This document shows, piece by piece, positions 10,610 through 20,084 of a stretch of 64,000 bases of DNA (positions are counted from its first letter, which is position 1; each line of letters opens with the position of its first letter). The DNA comes from Verrucomicrobiota bacterium. GTDB lineage: Bacteria; Verrucomicrobiota; Verrucomicrobiia; Opitutales; Cerasicoccaceae. The translations under genes and the position numbers were made by a program. Location of the stretch: NCBI GenBank assembly GCA_039818205.1, contig JBCBUK010000014.1, positions 53,192 to 117,191 on the forward strand. Direction: 5' to 3'. Under the pieces are notes generated by a model. That model was not told where the DNA came from and ran no database searches. It saw only the letters and a program-made list of their open reading frames with translations.

Positions 10610-11620
10610 ATGCGCGCAACCCTGACATTGTTCTCCACCCTCGCCCTCACCTCCAGCGTCGTATTTGCCGATACCGCGGTCTCAAAGCCAGACACGGAAG
10701 AAACGTGGACTGTCGTCGATACCACCAACACGTGCACTGCTCGGCACGAAGCCAGCATGGTTACCCTGGGCGATAAATTGTATCTAATTGGTGGGCGCCG
10801 CAAGGTGCCTGTTAATGAGTATGACCCAGCGACCAAAACCTGGAAGGAGATGGCTAAGCCACCGTTTCAAATGCATCACTTCCAAGCCGTCGTCATTGAC
10901 GACAAGATAGCGATCATTGGTGCGTTCACGGGCGGCTATCCCTACGAGAAGCCAATCCCCAACGTTTGGTATTTCGACCCAAAGACCAACTCTTGGGAAG
11001 AGGGCGCTGAAATCCCTGCCGAACGCCGACGCGGCGCAGCAGGCGTCGTGGTTGATGGTGACGATGTCTACGTGGTTGGTGGGATTGTTAACGGCCACTG
11101 GGATGGCTTCGTGCCGTGGCTTGATCGGTGGAATACCAAGACCGGCGAGTGGACGGTTCTTCCCGATGCACCCAACGAACGCGACCACTTCCAAGCCGGA
11201 ATCATCGACAACAAGATTGTCGCTGCTGGTGGACGCCGGACCCACGCCGCCGTCAAACAGACTTTTAATCGAACCATTGCAGAAGTCGATGCCTTCGACA
11301 TAGCTAGCGGTGAATGGACCACCCTTGAACACAACCTGCCAACCAAGCGCGCAGGCACCATGGCGGCAACCTATGGTGACACAATCTTTATTGCGGGCGG
11401 CGAAAGCGGCTCCCAGAAAGAGGCTCATGCCGAAGTGGAACGGTTTTCGTTTAGCGACGGCGAATGGCACCAATGCACGCCCCTCGCTCACGGGCGCCAC
11501 GGCGGCGGCATGTGCGTCCACGGCGATGATATGTTCCTTGCTTCCGGCTCCGGAAATCGCGGTGGCGGTCCCGAGCTGGACACCATAGAAATGATAGATA
11601 TTTCAGACCTGCTACAATAG
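10610..11620 (+). CDS. Secreted Kelch-repeat beta-propeller protein
   Basis: Signal peptide and six Kelch repeats (LYLIGG, YVVGG, VAAGG, FIAGG with YDP/FD...W motifs). Confidence 0.85.
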   Translation: MRATLTLFSTLALTSSVVFADTAVSKPDTEETWTVVDTTNTCTARHEASMVTLGDKLYLIGGRRKVPVNEYDPATKTWKEMAKPPFQMHHFQAVVIDDKIAIIGAFTGGYPYEKPIPNVWYFDPKTNSWEEGAEIPAERRRGAAGVVVDGDDVYVVGGIVNGHWDGFVPWLDRWNTKTGEWTVLPDAPNERDHFQAGIIDNKIVAAGGRRTHAAVKQTFNRTIAEVDAFDIASGEWTTLEHNLPTKRAGTMAATYGDTIFIAGGESGSQKEAHAEVERFSFSDGEWHQCTPLAHGRHGGGMCVHGDDMFLASGSGNRGGGPELDTIEMIDISDLLQ

Positions 11621-11642
11621 TCTGATACTACGGTTGATAAAG

Positions 11643-11674
11643 AAACAGCCCCCACGAAAGTAGGGGCTGTTTTT
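11643..11674. terminator. Bidirectional Rho-independent terminator
   Basis: AAACAGCCCCCAC-GAAA-GTAGGGGCTGTTTTT between convergent genes. Confidence 0.8.
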
Positions 11675-11706
11675 GCTTCTAGAAAGTGAATGAATCCTCG
11701 AGCCAA

Positions 11707-13254
11707 TTAGTGGGCTGCCTCGAGAACCTTCGGTTTGTAGCCACCCTTGGACTTAAAGTAGAGGAACAAGCCAATGTAACCAATCAGCATGATTGCCGGG
11801 AAAATTGTCATCTTGGTCAATGCAGCCTGTGCTCCGTGTTCGCGAATGGTTTCAATCTTTGCCTGCGCTTCTTCCGGTTGCTTGGCAACAGCCTCTCCGT
11901 CCAACGCAGTGTATTCTCCCAGCCAGATACTGCTTTGCGTCGTTACTTCACTATAGACCTGAGGCATCTCTTCTTTCAATGAACTCGTAACGGAGCCCTC
12001 TTGAAACATTCCGATGATCGGGCCACCGACAATGCCGACTGCCAACATACCAATACCTGCAATCGCATTCAAAGTAAGCGCACCACCACGCGGTGTCTGC
12101 TCAGATGCGACGCCAAGCATGGTCGGCCAGAAGTAGGTCTTGGCAACCGCGTAGACGGTCGCAGACCCAAAAATGAAGATCAAGCCAGCTGCTTTCGAGA
12201 GCATGAAGAGACCCACGATCGCAAGTGCGGAGCACGCCATGAGCAAGCCCAGTGGCGTTAGCGCCTTGATCACAGGCCCAGCGAAGAAGCGAAGCACCAT
12301 CATAATCGCCGAAGTGTAAACCAGCACCCAGGCCGGATTCCAACCCGCTTCTTCCATTGCGCCCTCCATCAGGCCAGAAATAGCGCCATCGGTTCCGAGC
12401 TCGGTAATCGCGAGAGGCATCATGATGATCACCAACACAATCAACAGAGGATTACCAAATGAGCGGCAGTAGACTCCAAACCCGATTGTCGATACGGCGA
12501 TCAAAGAATACATCAGCCACTCAGGCATTCCGGGAAACGCACCCGCAAGTTCACGGAAAATCAAATAGGAGGCGATGAAGGCACCAACAGCACCAAACTC
12601 AGCAAGCATCTGGCGGTAACTCGAACCGGCAGCAACCCGCTCGTTCACTGGGAACTTCACCTTGAATAGCATGATCACGTAGATGATCGCTGGCGCGAAC
12701 ATGAAGATCAGCAGAATACGCCAGTCATTGGAAACCGCACCATGCAACCCAATTGCAATGATACCACCCACGACCAGACCAGCTGGCCAGCCAGCGTGGA
12801 GGATGTTCAACCATTTCGATTTTTCATCCTTGTAGATCGTGGCAACCACCGGGTTGATAAACGCTTCAACCGTTCCGTTTCCAAGACCTAGAACCACCGA
12901 TCCCCAATACAAATAATTCCAAGCCGCTGCTTGAGCATCCGCACCACCCGCTTGCAGCGCACTGTGCCCCATTAAGGCGAGAACGGCAAAACCAGCATAA
13001 CAGACAAAGCTGAACAACATGGCGAAGCGGTATCCCACATAATCGATAAACAGACTGAAGAGGATAATGCTAATCGCAAACGGCCAGAGACCAGCTCCGA
13101 AAAGTCGATTCGCTTGCACGGCATCAATGCCAAGCGCTTCGGGCCACACGCCACTGCCGATCAAGATCGCGCGAAAAATAAACGCCATCGAGGTGGTAAT
13201 CAGGGCAATAAAGCAGCCCCAGAAAACTAGTTTGTCGTTCTTATTATGTTCCAT
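11707..13254 (-). CDS. MFS transporter (sugar)
   Basis: About 12-14 TM helices. GLGNGTVEAFINPVVATIY...KWLNILHAGWPAG and KTYFWPTMLG motifs. Start placed at ATG 13254 (MEHNK). Confidence 0.85.
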   Translation of the reverse strand: MEHNKNDKLVFWGCFIALITTSMAFIFRAILIGSGVWPEALGIDAVQANRLFGAGLWPFAISIILFSLFIDYVGYRFAMLFSFVCYAGFAVLALMGHSALQAGGADAQAAAWNYLYWGSVVLGLGNGTVEAFINPVVATIYKDEKSKWLNILHAGWPAGLVVGGIIAIGLHGAVSNDWRILLIFMFAPAIIYVIMLFKVKFPVNERVAAGSSYRQMLAEFGAVGAFIASYLIFRELAGAFPGMPEWLMYSLIAVSTIGFGVYCRSFGNPLLIVLVIIMMPLAITELGTDGAISGLMEGAMEEAGWNPAWVLVYTSAIMMVLRFFAGPVIKALTPLGLLMACSALAIVGLFMLSKAAGLIFIFGSATVYAVAKTYFWPTMLGVASEQTPRGGALTLNAIAGIGMLAVGIVGGPIIGMFQEGSVTSSLKEEMPQVYSEVTTQSSIWLGEYTALDGEAVAKQPEEAQAKIETIREHGAQAALTKMTIFPAIMLIGYIGLFLYFKSKGGYKPKVLEAAH

Positions 13255-13319
13255 GGGAGATTGTGAGAGATTGAAGACGAGGTGAAGAAAAGGGTGCAAG
13301 GCAAGCGAAGGCTAGAGGC

Positions 13320-14093
13320 CTACTCGCTAAAACGACGACGGTAACGCATCGGGGTGATCTTCAACTCAAGGCGGAAGGCCCGCGTCATGTTGGTTTGATC
13401 ATTAAAGCCACAGTCGACGGCGATGGCAGCCAAACTGCGGTTCGTATCCCGAAGTAACTTACAAGCCGCGTTAAGCCGCGTCTTGCGTAAATACATCAAC
13501 GGGGTCAGCCCAAAGGTTTTGCGGAACAGCCGCTCCTGGGAGCTGACCGAGATTCCACTGACGCTAGCCATATCGGAAACCGAAATCTTCTTGCGGTAGT
13601 TCGCCCGAACAAAATCGACGATCTTATGCATCTCCGGGTAGTTGGCGTAAACGGTGTCCGTGTCCCGAATGATGCGGGCATATCCGAACAAACCAATAAC
13701 TTCGCCTTCGGCACTGCGCAGGGGGATTTTCGTGGTGCAAAACCAATCAAGCGATCCATCCGAAGCAGGGACCAACTCAATCCGATTACGAATAACCTCA
13801 CCGGTTGACATCACTTTTTGGTCATCCGTGTAGAAGGCGTCCGCCAGAAAATCTGGGCTGAATTCGTAGTCCGTCTTTCCTAAAACTGACGCAATCGACG
13901 TCTCCCCAAGGGTTTGGGCAAACGCAAGATTGCCTCCCATAAATCGGCTCTCGCGATCTTTGACAAAGCACAAGATGTCGGAAAGTGCTTCCGACACAAC
14001 GTCGACAATTTGCCCAGGAAGTAGCTCCGCCAAAAACGCAGACCGGGCTTCCTCAATTGCTTCATTCGCAATGGGGGTGGGTTTCATTTGCAT
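13320..14093 (-). CDS. AraC-family regulator with N-terminal PAS domain
   Basis: PAS motifs FVKDRESRF...GKTD...DDQKVM...TTKIPL. AraC HTH motif IAVDCGFNDQTNMTRAF. Confidence 0.9.
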   Translation of the reverse strand: MQMKPTPIANEAIEEARSAFLAELLPGQIVDVVSEALSDILCFVKDRESRFMGGNLAFAQTLGETSIASVLGKTDYEFSPDFLADAFYTDDQKVMSTGEVIRNRIELVPASDGSLDWFCTTKIPLRSAEGEVIGLFGYARIIRDTDTVYANYPEMHKIVDFVRANYRKKISVSDMASVSGISVSSQERLFRKTFGLTPLMYLRKTRLNAACKLLRDTNRSLAAIAVDCGFNDQTNMTRAFRLELKITPMRYRRRFSE

Positions 14094-14110
14094 AAAGAAC
14101 GATTAGCGTT

Positions 14111-14126
14111 TGACGGCATATGACAA
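14111..14126 (+). promoter_or_regulatory. Candidate AraC-type binding site TGACGGCATATGACAA
   Basis: Near-identical 16-mer at 21201-21216, related 16-mers at 14235-14250 (-) and 29728-29743 (-). All are intergenic. Confidence 0.45.
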
Positions 14127-14288
14127 AATGCAAACTCAAAAAAACACATTATCCATAAGATATGAAAATGCTTAAAACTGGAACTAAGCCACTGTCAAAC
14201 AATGACTTAAATCCAATTCACAAACAACTCATACTTGTCGTTTTCCGACATCGACAAACCAATCGCACTCGAAAAGTGCGGAAATATG

Positions 14289-15503
14289 TCACTTGGACAA
14301 CTCGCCAATCGCCGGGTTTTCCATCACGTGATTGATCACCGTAGCCAGGCAACCACGTAACTGATCCTCATTGGTTTGACTCACAACTACCGTCAACGGG
14401 TCAGTCATGCAGGACATCGTTTCTGCCAAAATCGCCTCCTTGATCACCGGCTCAACAAACTTCATCAGCGGACAAAGCCGACCACCCACAACGATCAATG
14501 ACGGATTGAATGCCTGAACAAGCCGCGCCGCTCCGGTACCAAATTTCTGCCCGACATCATCAAGCACTTTGAGAACCGACGAATCACCCTGCTCCGCCTT
14601 CTCAGCAACCCAGTCAATCCAATCGACCTCGGCACCCTCTTCTTGCGGGACGTCAACACCAACATCTGCCAGTTTGCGAATGACCGCGCTTGATCCGATT
14701 TCCGTGAGCCAGCAGCCCTCCTTGCCGCATCGGCATTTCACGCCGTTTGCATCAAAGCTCGTGTGTCCTACCTGTCCCGCAAAACCGCGTTCACCTCGCA
14801 TCAAATTTCCGTCGATGTAAACACCCGCGGCCAACCCGACGCCGAGACTAATATAGATGAAATTCTGTGGAGCCGCATTCGTTTCAACATAACGGGCGCC
14901 AATCGCGCCGGCATGGGCCTCGTTCTCGACGAAAACCGGAACGGCAAAACGCTTCTCCCAGTCCGCTTTCAAAGTGACATGCTCCCAACCAGAGGTCGGT
15001 CCGTAGGCCAGTTGACCATCCACGCGATCGACTAATCCAGCCCACGCGACACCAATTCCGTAACATTGTAACTCGCGATCGCGACCAACTGCGAGTGCAT
15101 CTTCAATTAATAGGGCTACTTGCTCAAGAGTTTTGCCAGGTGATTCCTTCAGGTCATAAGAGATACTTTCGCGCCACAAAACCTCTTCGCCTATATTCGT
15201 GAGAAGTAACGAAATACGGTCCAAATCGATATCGACTGCGAGCATGCACCCTGACCACGGATTTAGCTCTAGAAGCAAACCTGGGCGACCCGCTCGGCCA
15301 CCATCATAGGTCGTTTCGCTGATCAACGAGGCCTCTAGCAGGTCTGCAACGATATTCGAGACCGTGGCACGTGTCAGGCCCAGTCTAGAAGCGATGTTGG
15401 CACGCGACAATGCGCCTTGATTCCGCAGTAGATCTAGAACATTGATCGCATTGAGTCGGCGGATATCGCTTCGATCATATCGTTGTTTGGTTAATATATC
15501 CAT
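14289..15503 (-). CDS. ROK-family transcriptional repressor (XylR/NagC-like)
   Basis: N-terminal HTH LSRANIASRLGLTRATVSNIV, GRPG, VFVENEAHAGAIG, Zn motif GQVGH...CRCGKEGC. Confidence 0.92.
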   Translation of the reverse strand: MDILTKQRYDRSDIRRLNAINVLDLLRNQGALSRANIASRLGLTRATVSNIVADLLEASLISETTYDGGRAGRPGLLLELNPWSGCMLAVDIDLDRISLLLTNIGEEVLWRESISYDLKESPGKTLEQVALLIEDALAVGRDRELQCYGIGVAWAGLVDRVDGQLAYGPTSGWEHVTLKADWEKRFAVPVFVENEAHAGAIGARYVETNAAPQNFIYISLGVGLAAGVYIDGNLMRGERGFAGQVGHTSFDANGVKCRCGKEGCWLTEIGSSAVIRKLADVGVDVPQEEGAEVDWIDWVAEKAEQGDSSVLKVLDDVGQKFGTGAARLVQAFNPSLIVVGGRLCPLMKFVEPVIKEAILAETMSCMTDPLTVVVSQTNEDQLRGCLATVINHVMENPAIGELSK

Positions 15504-15535
15504 TATGGTGCTTTAGGCTTGCTTTTATTTGAAAT

Positions 15536-15560
15536 TTAGTTTGTTTAAAAACAAAACTTT
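15536..15560. promoter_or_regulatory. Candidate ROK (XylR-like) operator
   Basis: Imperfect palindrome TTAGTTTGTTTAAAAACAAAACTTT in the 110-bp divergent gap between the ROK gene and the oxidoreductase operon. Confidence 0.6.
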
Positions 15561-15613
15561 ACCTGTTTGTGGAATAAATGAAACCTTTCTGTTTCCAATA
15601 ATACAATATTAAG

Positions 15614-17098
15614 ATGCATAGAACAAAACCCCAGCTTTCGCGTAGAAACTTCCTCAAATCTAGCGCTGCAATCGGCGCATTTACGGTTTTACCATCCTAT
15701 ATCGCGCTTGGCAACAAATCTTCATCGGGTAATGCACCCAGCGAGCGCGTTCGTCTTGCAGTTATTGGTATCGGCCATCAAGGGAACGGAGATCGTAAAG
15801 CATTGATGAGCTCTAAGTTATGCGATGTTGTCGCGCTATGCGACATTGATATGTTGGGCGCACATACGCATGAAGCGCGATATACCCACGGTTTGACCAA
15901 TAAACCCCCCAAGATGAAAGACGGTAAGGCGGCACCCGCTCAAACCGCCATCAAGGCCCGTGGTTATCAGGATTTTCGCAAAATGTTCGACGAAATGGGC
16001 GACGATATCGACGCCGTTTTGATCGCCACTCCGGACCATTCCCACTTCGCTGCCGCCATGCTGGCGATGTCGCTCGGGAAACACGTTTACGTTGAGAAGC
16101 CCTTGGCGCACACCTTCGGCCAGACACAGCGTTTGATGGATATCGCCGAGCGCACGGGTGTTGCCACCCAAATGGGCAATCAGGGCCACTCAGGGGCCAA
16201 CTATTTTCAGTTCAAGGCCTGGCGCGAAGCAGGCATCATTAAGAACGTCCACCGTATCACCGCGCACATGAACAATTGGCGCCGCTGGCATGGCTGGGGG
16301 CAGGACGCCACCGAGTACCCTCAACAGGCCGTTCCCGAGGGCGTTGATTGGGATCAGTGGATCGACGTGGTCGCCCAAGAACGCCCGTTCAGCAACAAAC
16401 TGCATCCACAGGAATGGCGCAGCTGGTTCGAATACGGCAGCGGAGCCTTCGGCGACTGGGGACCGCACATCCTCGATACCTGCCACGAATTTTTGGAGCT
16501 CGGTTTACCTGAGAAAGTAACCGCGGTGAAACTGGAAGGACGCAACCCACTCGTTTACCCACAAGCATCCACCATCCGATTTAGCTTTGCCGAACGCGGA
16601 CCTGATCTGCCAGCTTGTGAAGTAACTTGGTATGATGGCCAAAAGAACTGGCCGCCGCTTGAACCCGAGCTAGGCGAGTTGGTCAAGGATCCCGCTACCG
16701 GCAAGGAAACCCGGAAGAAGCTCGAGCTGGGCGGTCCAGGAAAGATCATCTACTCGGATGACCTGGTCTTCAAGGGCGGCTCGCACGCGCGCCCACTCAC
16801 GATTGTGCCCAAGGAAAAATTCCTGGAAATGCGGAAGTCGCTGCCAAAGTTTCCCCAGAAGAACTCTAGCCACTACGCAAACTTCATCCTGGCCTGTAAG
16901 GGCGAGGAGGAGACCCGGTCCCCATTCAGCGTTAGTGGCGAACTGACTCAAGTCTTCAACCTCGGAGTTCTGGCCCAGCGATTTGGCGGGGAACTGGAGT
17001 TTGATCAGAAGACAAAAACGATTACGAACAATCCATCAGCCCAAGCATTGCTCGACCCAGCTCCGCGCAAAGGCTGGGAAGAATTCTACAGTCTCTAA
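15614..17098 (+). CDS. Tat-exported Gfo/Idh/MocA oxidoreductase
   Basis: SRRNFLK Tat motif, GIGHQG, IATPDHSH, YVEKPL, TQMGNQGHS, GAFGDWGPH. Confidence 0.92.
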   Translation: MHRTKPQLSRRNFLKSSAAIGAFTVLPSYIALGNKSSSGNAPSERVRLAVIGIGHQGNGDRKALMSSKLCDVVALCDIDMLGAHTHEARYTHGLTNKPPKMKDGKAAPAQTAIKARGYQDFRKMFDEMGDDIDAVLIATPDHSHFAAAMLAMSLGKHVYVEKPLAHTFGQTQRLMDIAERTGVATQMGNQGHSGANYFQFKAWREAGIIKNVHRITAHMNNWRRWHGWGQDATEYPQQAVPEGVDWDQWIDVVAQERPFSNKLHPQEWRSWFEYGSGAFGDWGPHILDTCHEFLELGLPEKVTAVKLEGRNPLVYPQASTIRFSFAERGPDLPACEVTWYDGQKNWPPLEPELGELVKDPATGKETRKKLELGGPGKIIYSDDLVFKGGSHARPLTIVPKEKFLEMRKSLPKFPQKNSSHYANFILACKGEEETRSPFSVSGELTQVFNLGVLAQRFGGELEFDQKTKTITNNPSAQALLDPAPRKGWEEFYSL

Positions 17099-17121
17099 CC
17101 CTTCCACCTTTACCTGATCCT

Positions 17122-17874
17122 ATGAAAACAATCCTTCTCACAGGCTTGTCCCTGCTGTGTACCCTGGGTGCATCCGCCAACCAGATATCGGCAGAACAGC
17201 AAAAATACGTCGACCAGTATAAGAAACAGAAACACATCGTTGCTCCAGAAGACGCACTCCTCAACACCGAGCCCGAGCCAAACCTAACCGAGGGGTTCAC
17301 GAACCTTTATAATGGGAAAAACCTCGATGGCTGGACTCCCCGTGGCGGTTTCTGCACCTTTGAAGCTGACGGCGATAGCATTCTGGGCACCTGTGTAAAA
17401 GGCTCCCCAAGCACCTACCTGTGCACCGACAAGGACTACAGCAATTTCATTTTCACCGCCGAGCTCAAATGGGAGGTCGATGGCAATAGCGGAATCCTCT
17501 ACCGCTCGCGCTACAAGACCAATCCCGACAAGGAGCACGAAATCGTCTACGGCCCTCAGTGCGAAATGGAAGGCTTTGCCCGCGATCGTCAGTGGTCCGG
17601 TGGAATCTATGGTCAAGGTACGGTCGCCTGGCAATATCCGCTGTGGCTGGAAGCTCACGAAGAAGCCCGCGCTGCCTTAAAGAAGGATGACTGGAACCGC
17701 ATCACCATCCAGGCCAACGGTCCCGTCATTAAGACGTGGATCAATGGCGTGCCTGCCGCACATTTTATTGACGACAAGTTTCTCGATGGCTTCTTCGGCC
17801 TTCAAGTGCACTCGGGGCACCAGGGTACCATTCGTTTCCGCAACCTAAAGGTCAAAGAGCTGGAACCACACTGA
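17122..17874 (+). CDS. Secreted DUF1080 (3-keto-disaccharide hydrolase/hydratase family) protein; probably the N-terminal half of a tandem DUF1080 gene
   Basis: Signal peptide, LYNGKNLDGW, GNSGILYR, WNRITI, GLQVH...FRNLKVKEL. Confidence 0.85.
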   Translation: MKTILLTGLSLLCTLGASANQISAEQQKYVDQYKKQKHIVAPEDALLNTEPEPNLTEGFTNLYNGKNLDGWTPRGGFCTFEADGDSILGTCVKGSPSTYLCTDKDYSNFIFTAELKWEVDGNSGILYRSRYKTNPDKEHEIVYGPQCEMEGFARDRQWSGGIYGQGTVAWQYPLWLEAHEEARAALKKDDWNRITIQANGPVIKTWINGVPAAHFIDDKFLDGFFGLQVHSGHQGTIRFRNLKVKELEPH

Positions 17875-18444
17875 AAGGATCTCTTTGCCAACAGTGACTT
17901 TTCTGAGTGGACCCAAGTGAATGGCAAACCGGTCGGTGGCGGTTGGTCCATCGAAGACGGCGTTATCCATCGCGGAAAGCTTATAGCGGGTTCTATCATC
18001 ACGAAGGAACACTACACGGACTTTGAGCTTATTTTTGACTGGAAGATTTCCGGCTCCGGCAACTCTGGTGTGAAGTATCGTGCGCGCAAAAACCTTGGCT
18101 TGGAGTATCAAGTGCTCGACGACAAGGGCCATCCCAACGGTAAAAATCCACTAACCCGTGCTGGGTCGATCTATGCACTATACCCGGCTTCGGACGACAA
18201 AACACTCAAGCCCGTTGGCGAATGGAATACCGGACGCATTCTCGTGCAGGGAAACCATGTTGAGCATTGGCTCAATGGCGAACAAGTCCTTGAAGCAGAG
18301 ATCGGCAGCGACGAATGGAAAAAACGTTTTGCGGCGAGCAAGTACCACAAACATGATGGATTTGGCACGTGGACCGGAAACATTCTCCTCCAGGATCATA
18401 GCGATCCCGTCTGGTACCGCAATGTTCGCATCCGCGAGCTTTAA
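17875..18444 (+). CDS. Second DUF1080 domain, in frame with the upstream ORF after a single TGA (first possible start GTG 17917)
   Basis: KDLFANSDFSEW...GNSGVKY...EYQVLDD...GEWNTGRI...LQDH...YRNVRIREL. No signal peptide or ATG of its own. Confidence 0.8.
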   Translation, partial: KDLFANSDFSEWTQVNGKPVGGGWSIEDGVIHRGKLIAGSIITKEHYTDFELIFDWKISGSGNSGVKYRARKNLGLEYQVLDDKGHPNGKNPLTRAGSIYALYPASDDKTLKPVGEWNTGRILVQGNHVEHWLNGEQVLEAEIGSDEWKKRFAASKYHKHDGFGTWTGNILLQDHSDPVWYRNVRIREL

Positions 18445-18479
18445 TCGACTCAAACTATCTCTCTACGACTGCGTTCAAC

Positions 18480-20084
18480 ATGAGCAACGAAAGCCCTCGT
18501 GAGGCCATTCTTGCTGCCCAGGAAAAAGGCGGCTTACACAAATTCCTGACCTACGCCAAGCTCTCCGGCCCCGGCTGGATGCAAGGCGCTATTACGCTCG
18601 GCGGCGGCTCGCTTGCTGGCGCAATGTATCTGGGCATTATCTCCGGCTTCGGGCTGCTCTGGTTGCAACCGCTGGCGATGATCTGCGGGATCATCATGCT
18701 CTCCGCGATTGCCTATGTCACGCTGTCAACCGAAGCCGCGCCCTTTGGTTTAGTTAACAAGCACCTGACACCTGCACTAGGCTGGGCTTGGCTAATTGCA
18801 ACCGTGATGGCCAACATCGTTTGGTGCATGCCTCAGTTCAATCTGGGCCGCGCAGCGATTCAGCAGAACCTGATACCCGCCGTCGGCGATGGTAACGTTT
18901 CAACGATCGTCATTTGCTTGATCCTCCTTGTCATCGCACTCGGAGTAAACGTGCTTTATGAGTCTGAGGGCAAGGGTCGCCAATTGTTTGACCTCATCAT
19001 CAAATGCATGGTGGGCCTCATTGTCCTATCGTTTATCCTCGTAGTGATTACTCTGGCGAGCAACGGCTTGATCGATGTCGGAGCCATCTTCGGCAACCTC
19101 ATCCCAGACCCCTCGCTACTGTTCAAACCGGCGGAAGGATACAGCGCCTTGATCGCTCAATCCAGCCAACCCGAGTGGTGGACGAATCGCATCGTCAACG
19201 ACCAACGCGACATCATCATAACCGCGTTCGGAACAGCCGTCGGCATCAACATGACCTGGCTGCTCCCCTACTCTCTGCTCAAAAAACGCTGGGGTAAAGT
19301 GGAGCGCGGTCTTTCGATTTTTGACTTATCAATCGGTTTGTTCGTGCCTTTCTTTTTGGCCACGAGCTGCGTCGTAATTGCCGCCGCATCCCAATTCCAC
19401 GCCAAGACACTTGATGTCCCTCCTGGCTCGGGTGACGAAACAATTGCGGCTCTCGTCGCCGCGCATCCCGGCGTTCCAAGTGAAGCGGACCAGTCCCTGG
19501 CTTTGATGCTCGTTAAGCGCGATAATTTCCAACTGGCAACCGCTCTGGAGCCCCTTGCTGGCAAAGCCGTTTCGCAATGGATTTTTGGCTTCGGTGTTTT
19601 GGGAATGGCGCTTTCTACCATCATCATCTTGATGCTCATGAATGGCCTTGCGTTCCAGGAACTGCTGGGGCAACGAGGCAAACCGGGTGAGAAGCGTGCG
19701 CACTATATCGGCTGTCTGATCTCTGGCCTCGCCGGATTTGTTGGTCCCTTCATCTGGACCGGAAAAGCCAAGGCCGCCCTGGCAATTCCAACCTCGGTAA
19801 TTGGTGGCTCGTTAATCCCGATCGCCTATTTCACATTCTTCCTAATGATGAACTCCAAGAAGGTCCTCGGAGACAATCGCCCAGAAGGCACTCAACGGAT
19901 CATCTGGAATGTCCTGATGGGCGGCGCAACCCTGATCGCCTCAATTGGTTCCGTTTGGGTCCTGTCGGGCAAGAGTCACTTTGAGAACTGGAAGGGTATG
20001 ATCCCGGCAGCGGGACTTGGTCTGCTTGTTGCCCTGTTCATTGTTGGAACGATTTCCTTTATCAAAAACGAGAAAGAGTCATGA
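18480..20084 (+). CDS. NRAMP-like (APC superfamily) transporter
   Basis: About 12 TM helices. SGPGWMQGAITLGGGS and TAVGINMT motifs of the PVC/Bacteroidetes NRAMP-like group. Confidence 0.75.
   Translation: MSNESPREAILAAQEKGGLHKFLTYAKLSGPGWMQGAITLGGGSLAGAMYLGIISGFGLLWLQPLAMICGIIMLSAIAYVTLSTEAAPFGLVNKHLTPALGWAWLIATVMANIVWCMPQFNLGRAAIQQNLIPAVGDGNVSTIVICLILLVIALGVNVLYESEGKGRQLFDLIIKCMVGLIVLSFILVVITLASNGLIDVGAIFGNLIPDPSLLFKPAEGYSALIAQSSQPEWWTNRIVNDQRDIIITAFGTAVGINMTWLLPYSLLKKRWGKVERGLSIFDLSIGLFVPFFLATSCVVIAAASQFHAKTLDVPPGSGDETIAALVAAHPGVPSEADQSLALMLVKRDNFQLATALEPLAGKAVSQWIFGFGVLGMALSTIIILMLMNGLAFQELLGQRGKPGEKRAHYIGCLISGLAGFVGPFIWTGKAKAALAIPTSVIGGSLIPIAYFTFFLMMNSKKVLGDNRPEGTQRIIWNVLMGGATLIASIGSVWVLSGKSHFENWKGMIPAAGLGLLVALFIVGTISFIKNEKES

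Noticed and set aside
17872..17930. Selenocysteine or genetic-code reassignment as the explanation for the in-frame TGA
   Set aside because: The aligned position is aromatic (W/F), not Cys, and no convincing SECIS-like hairpin follows. TGA serves as a normal stop elsewhere in the window (e.g. 20084, 30525, 47077, 53896).
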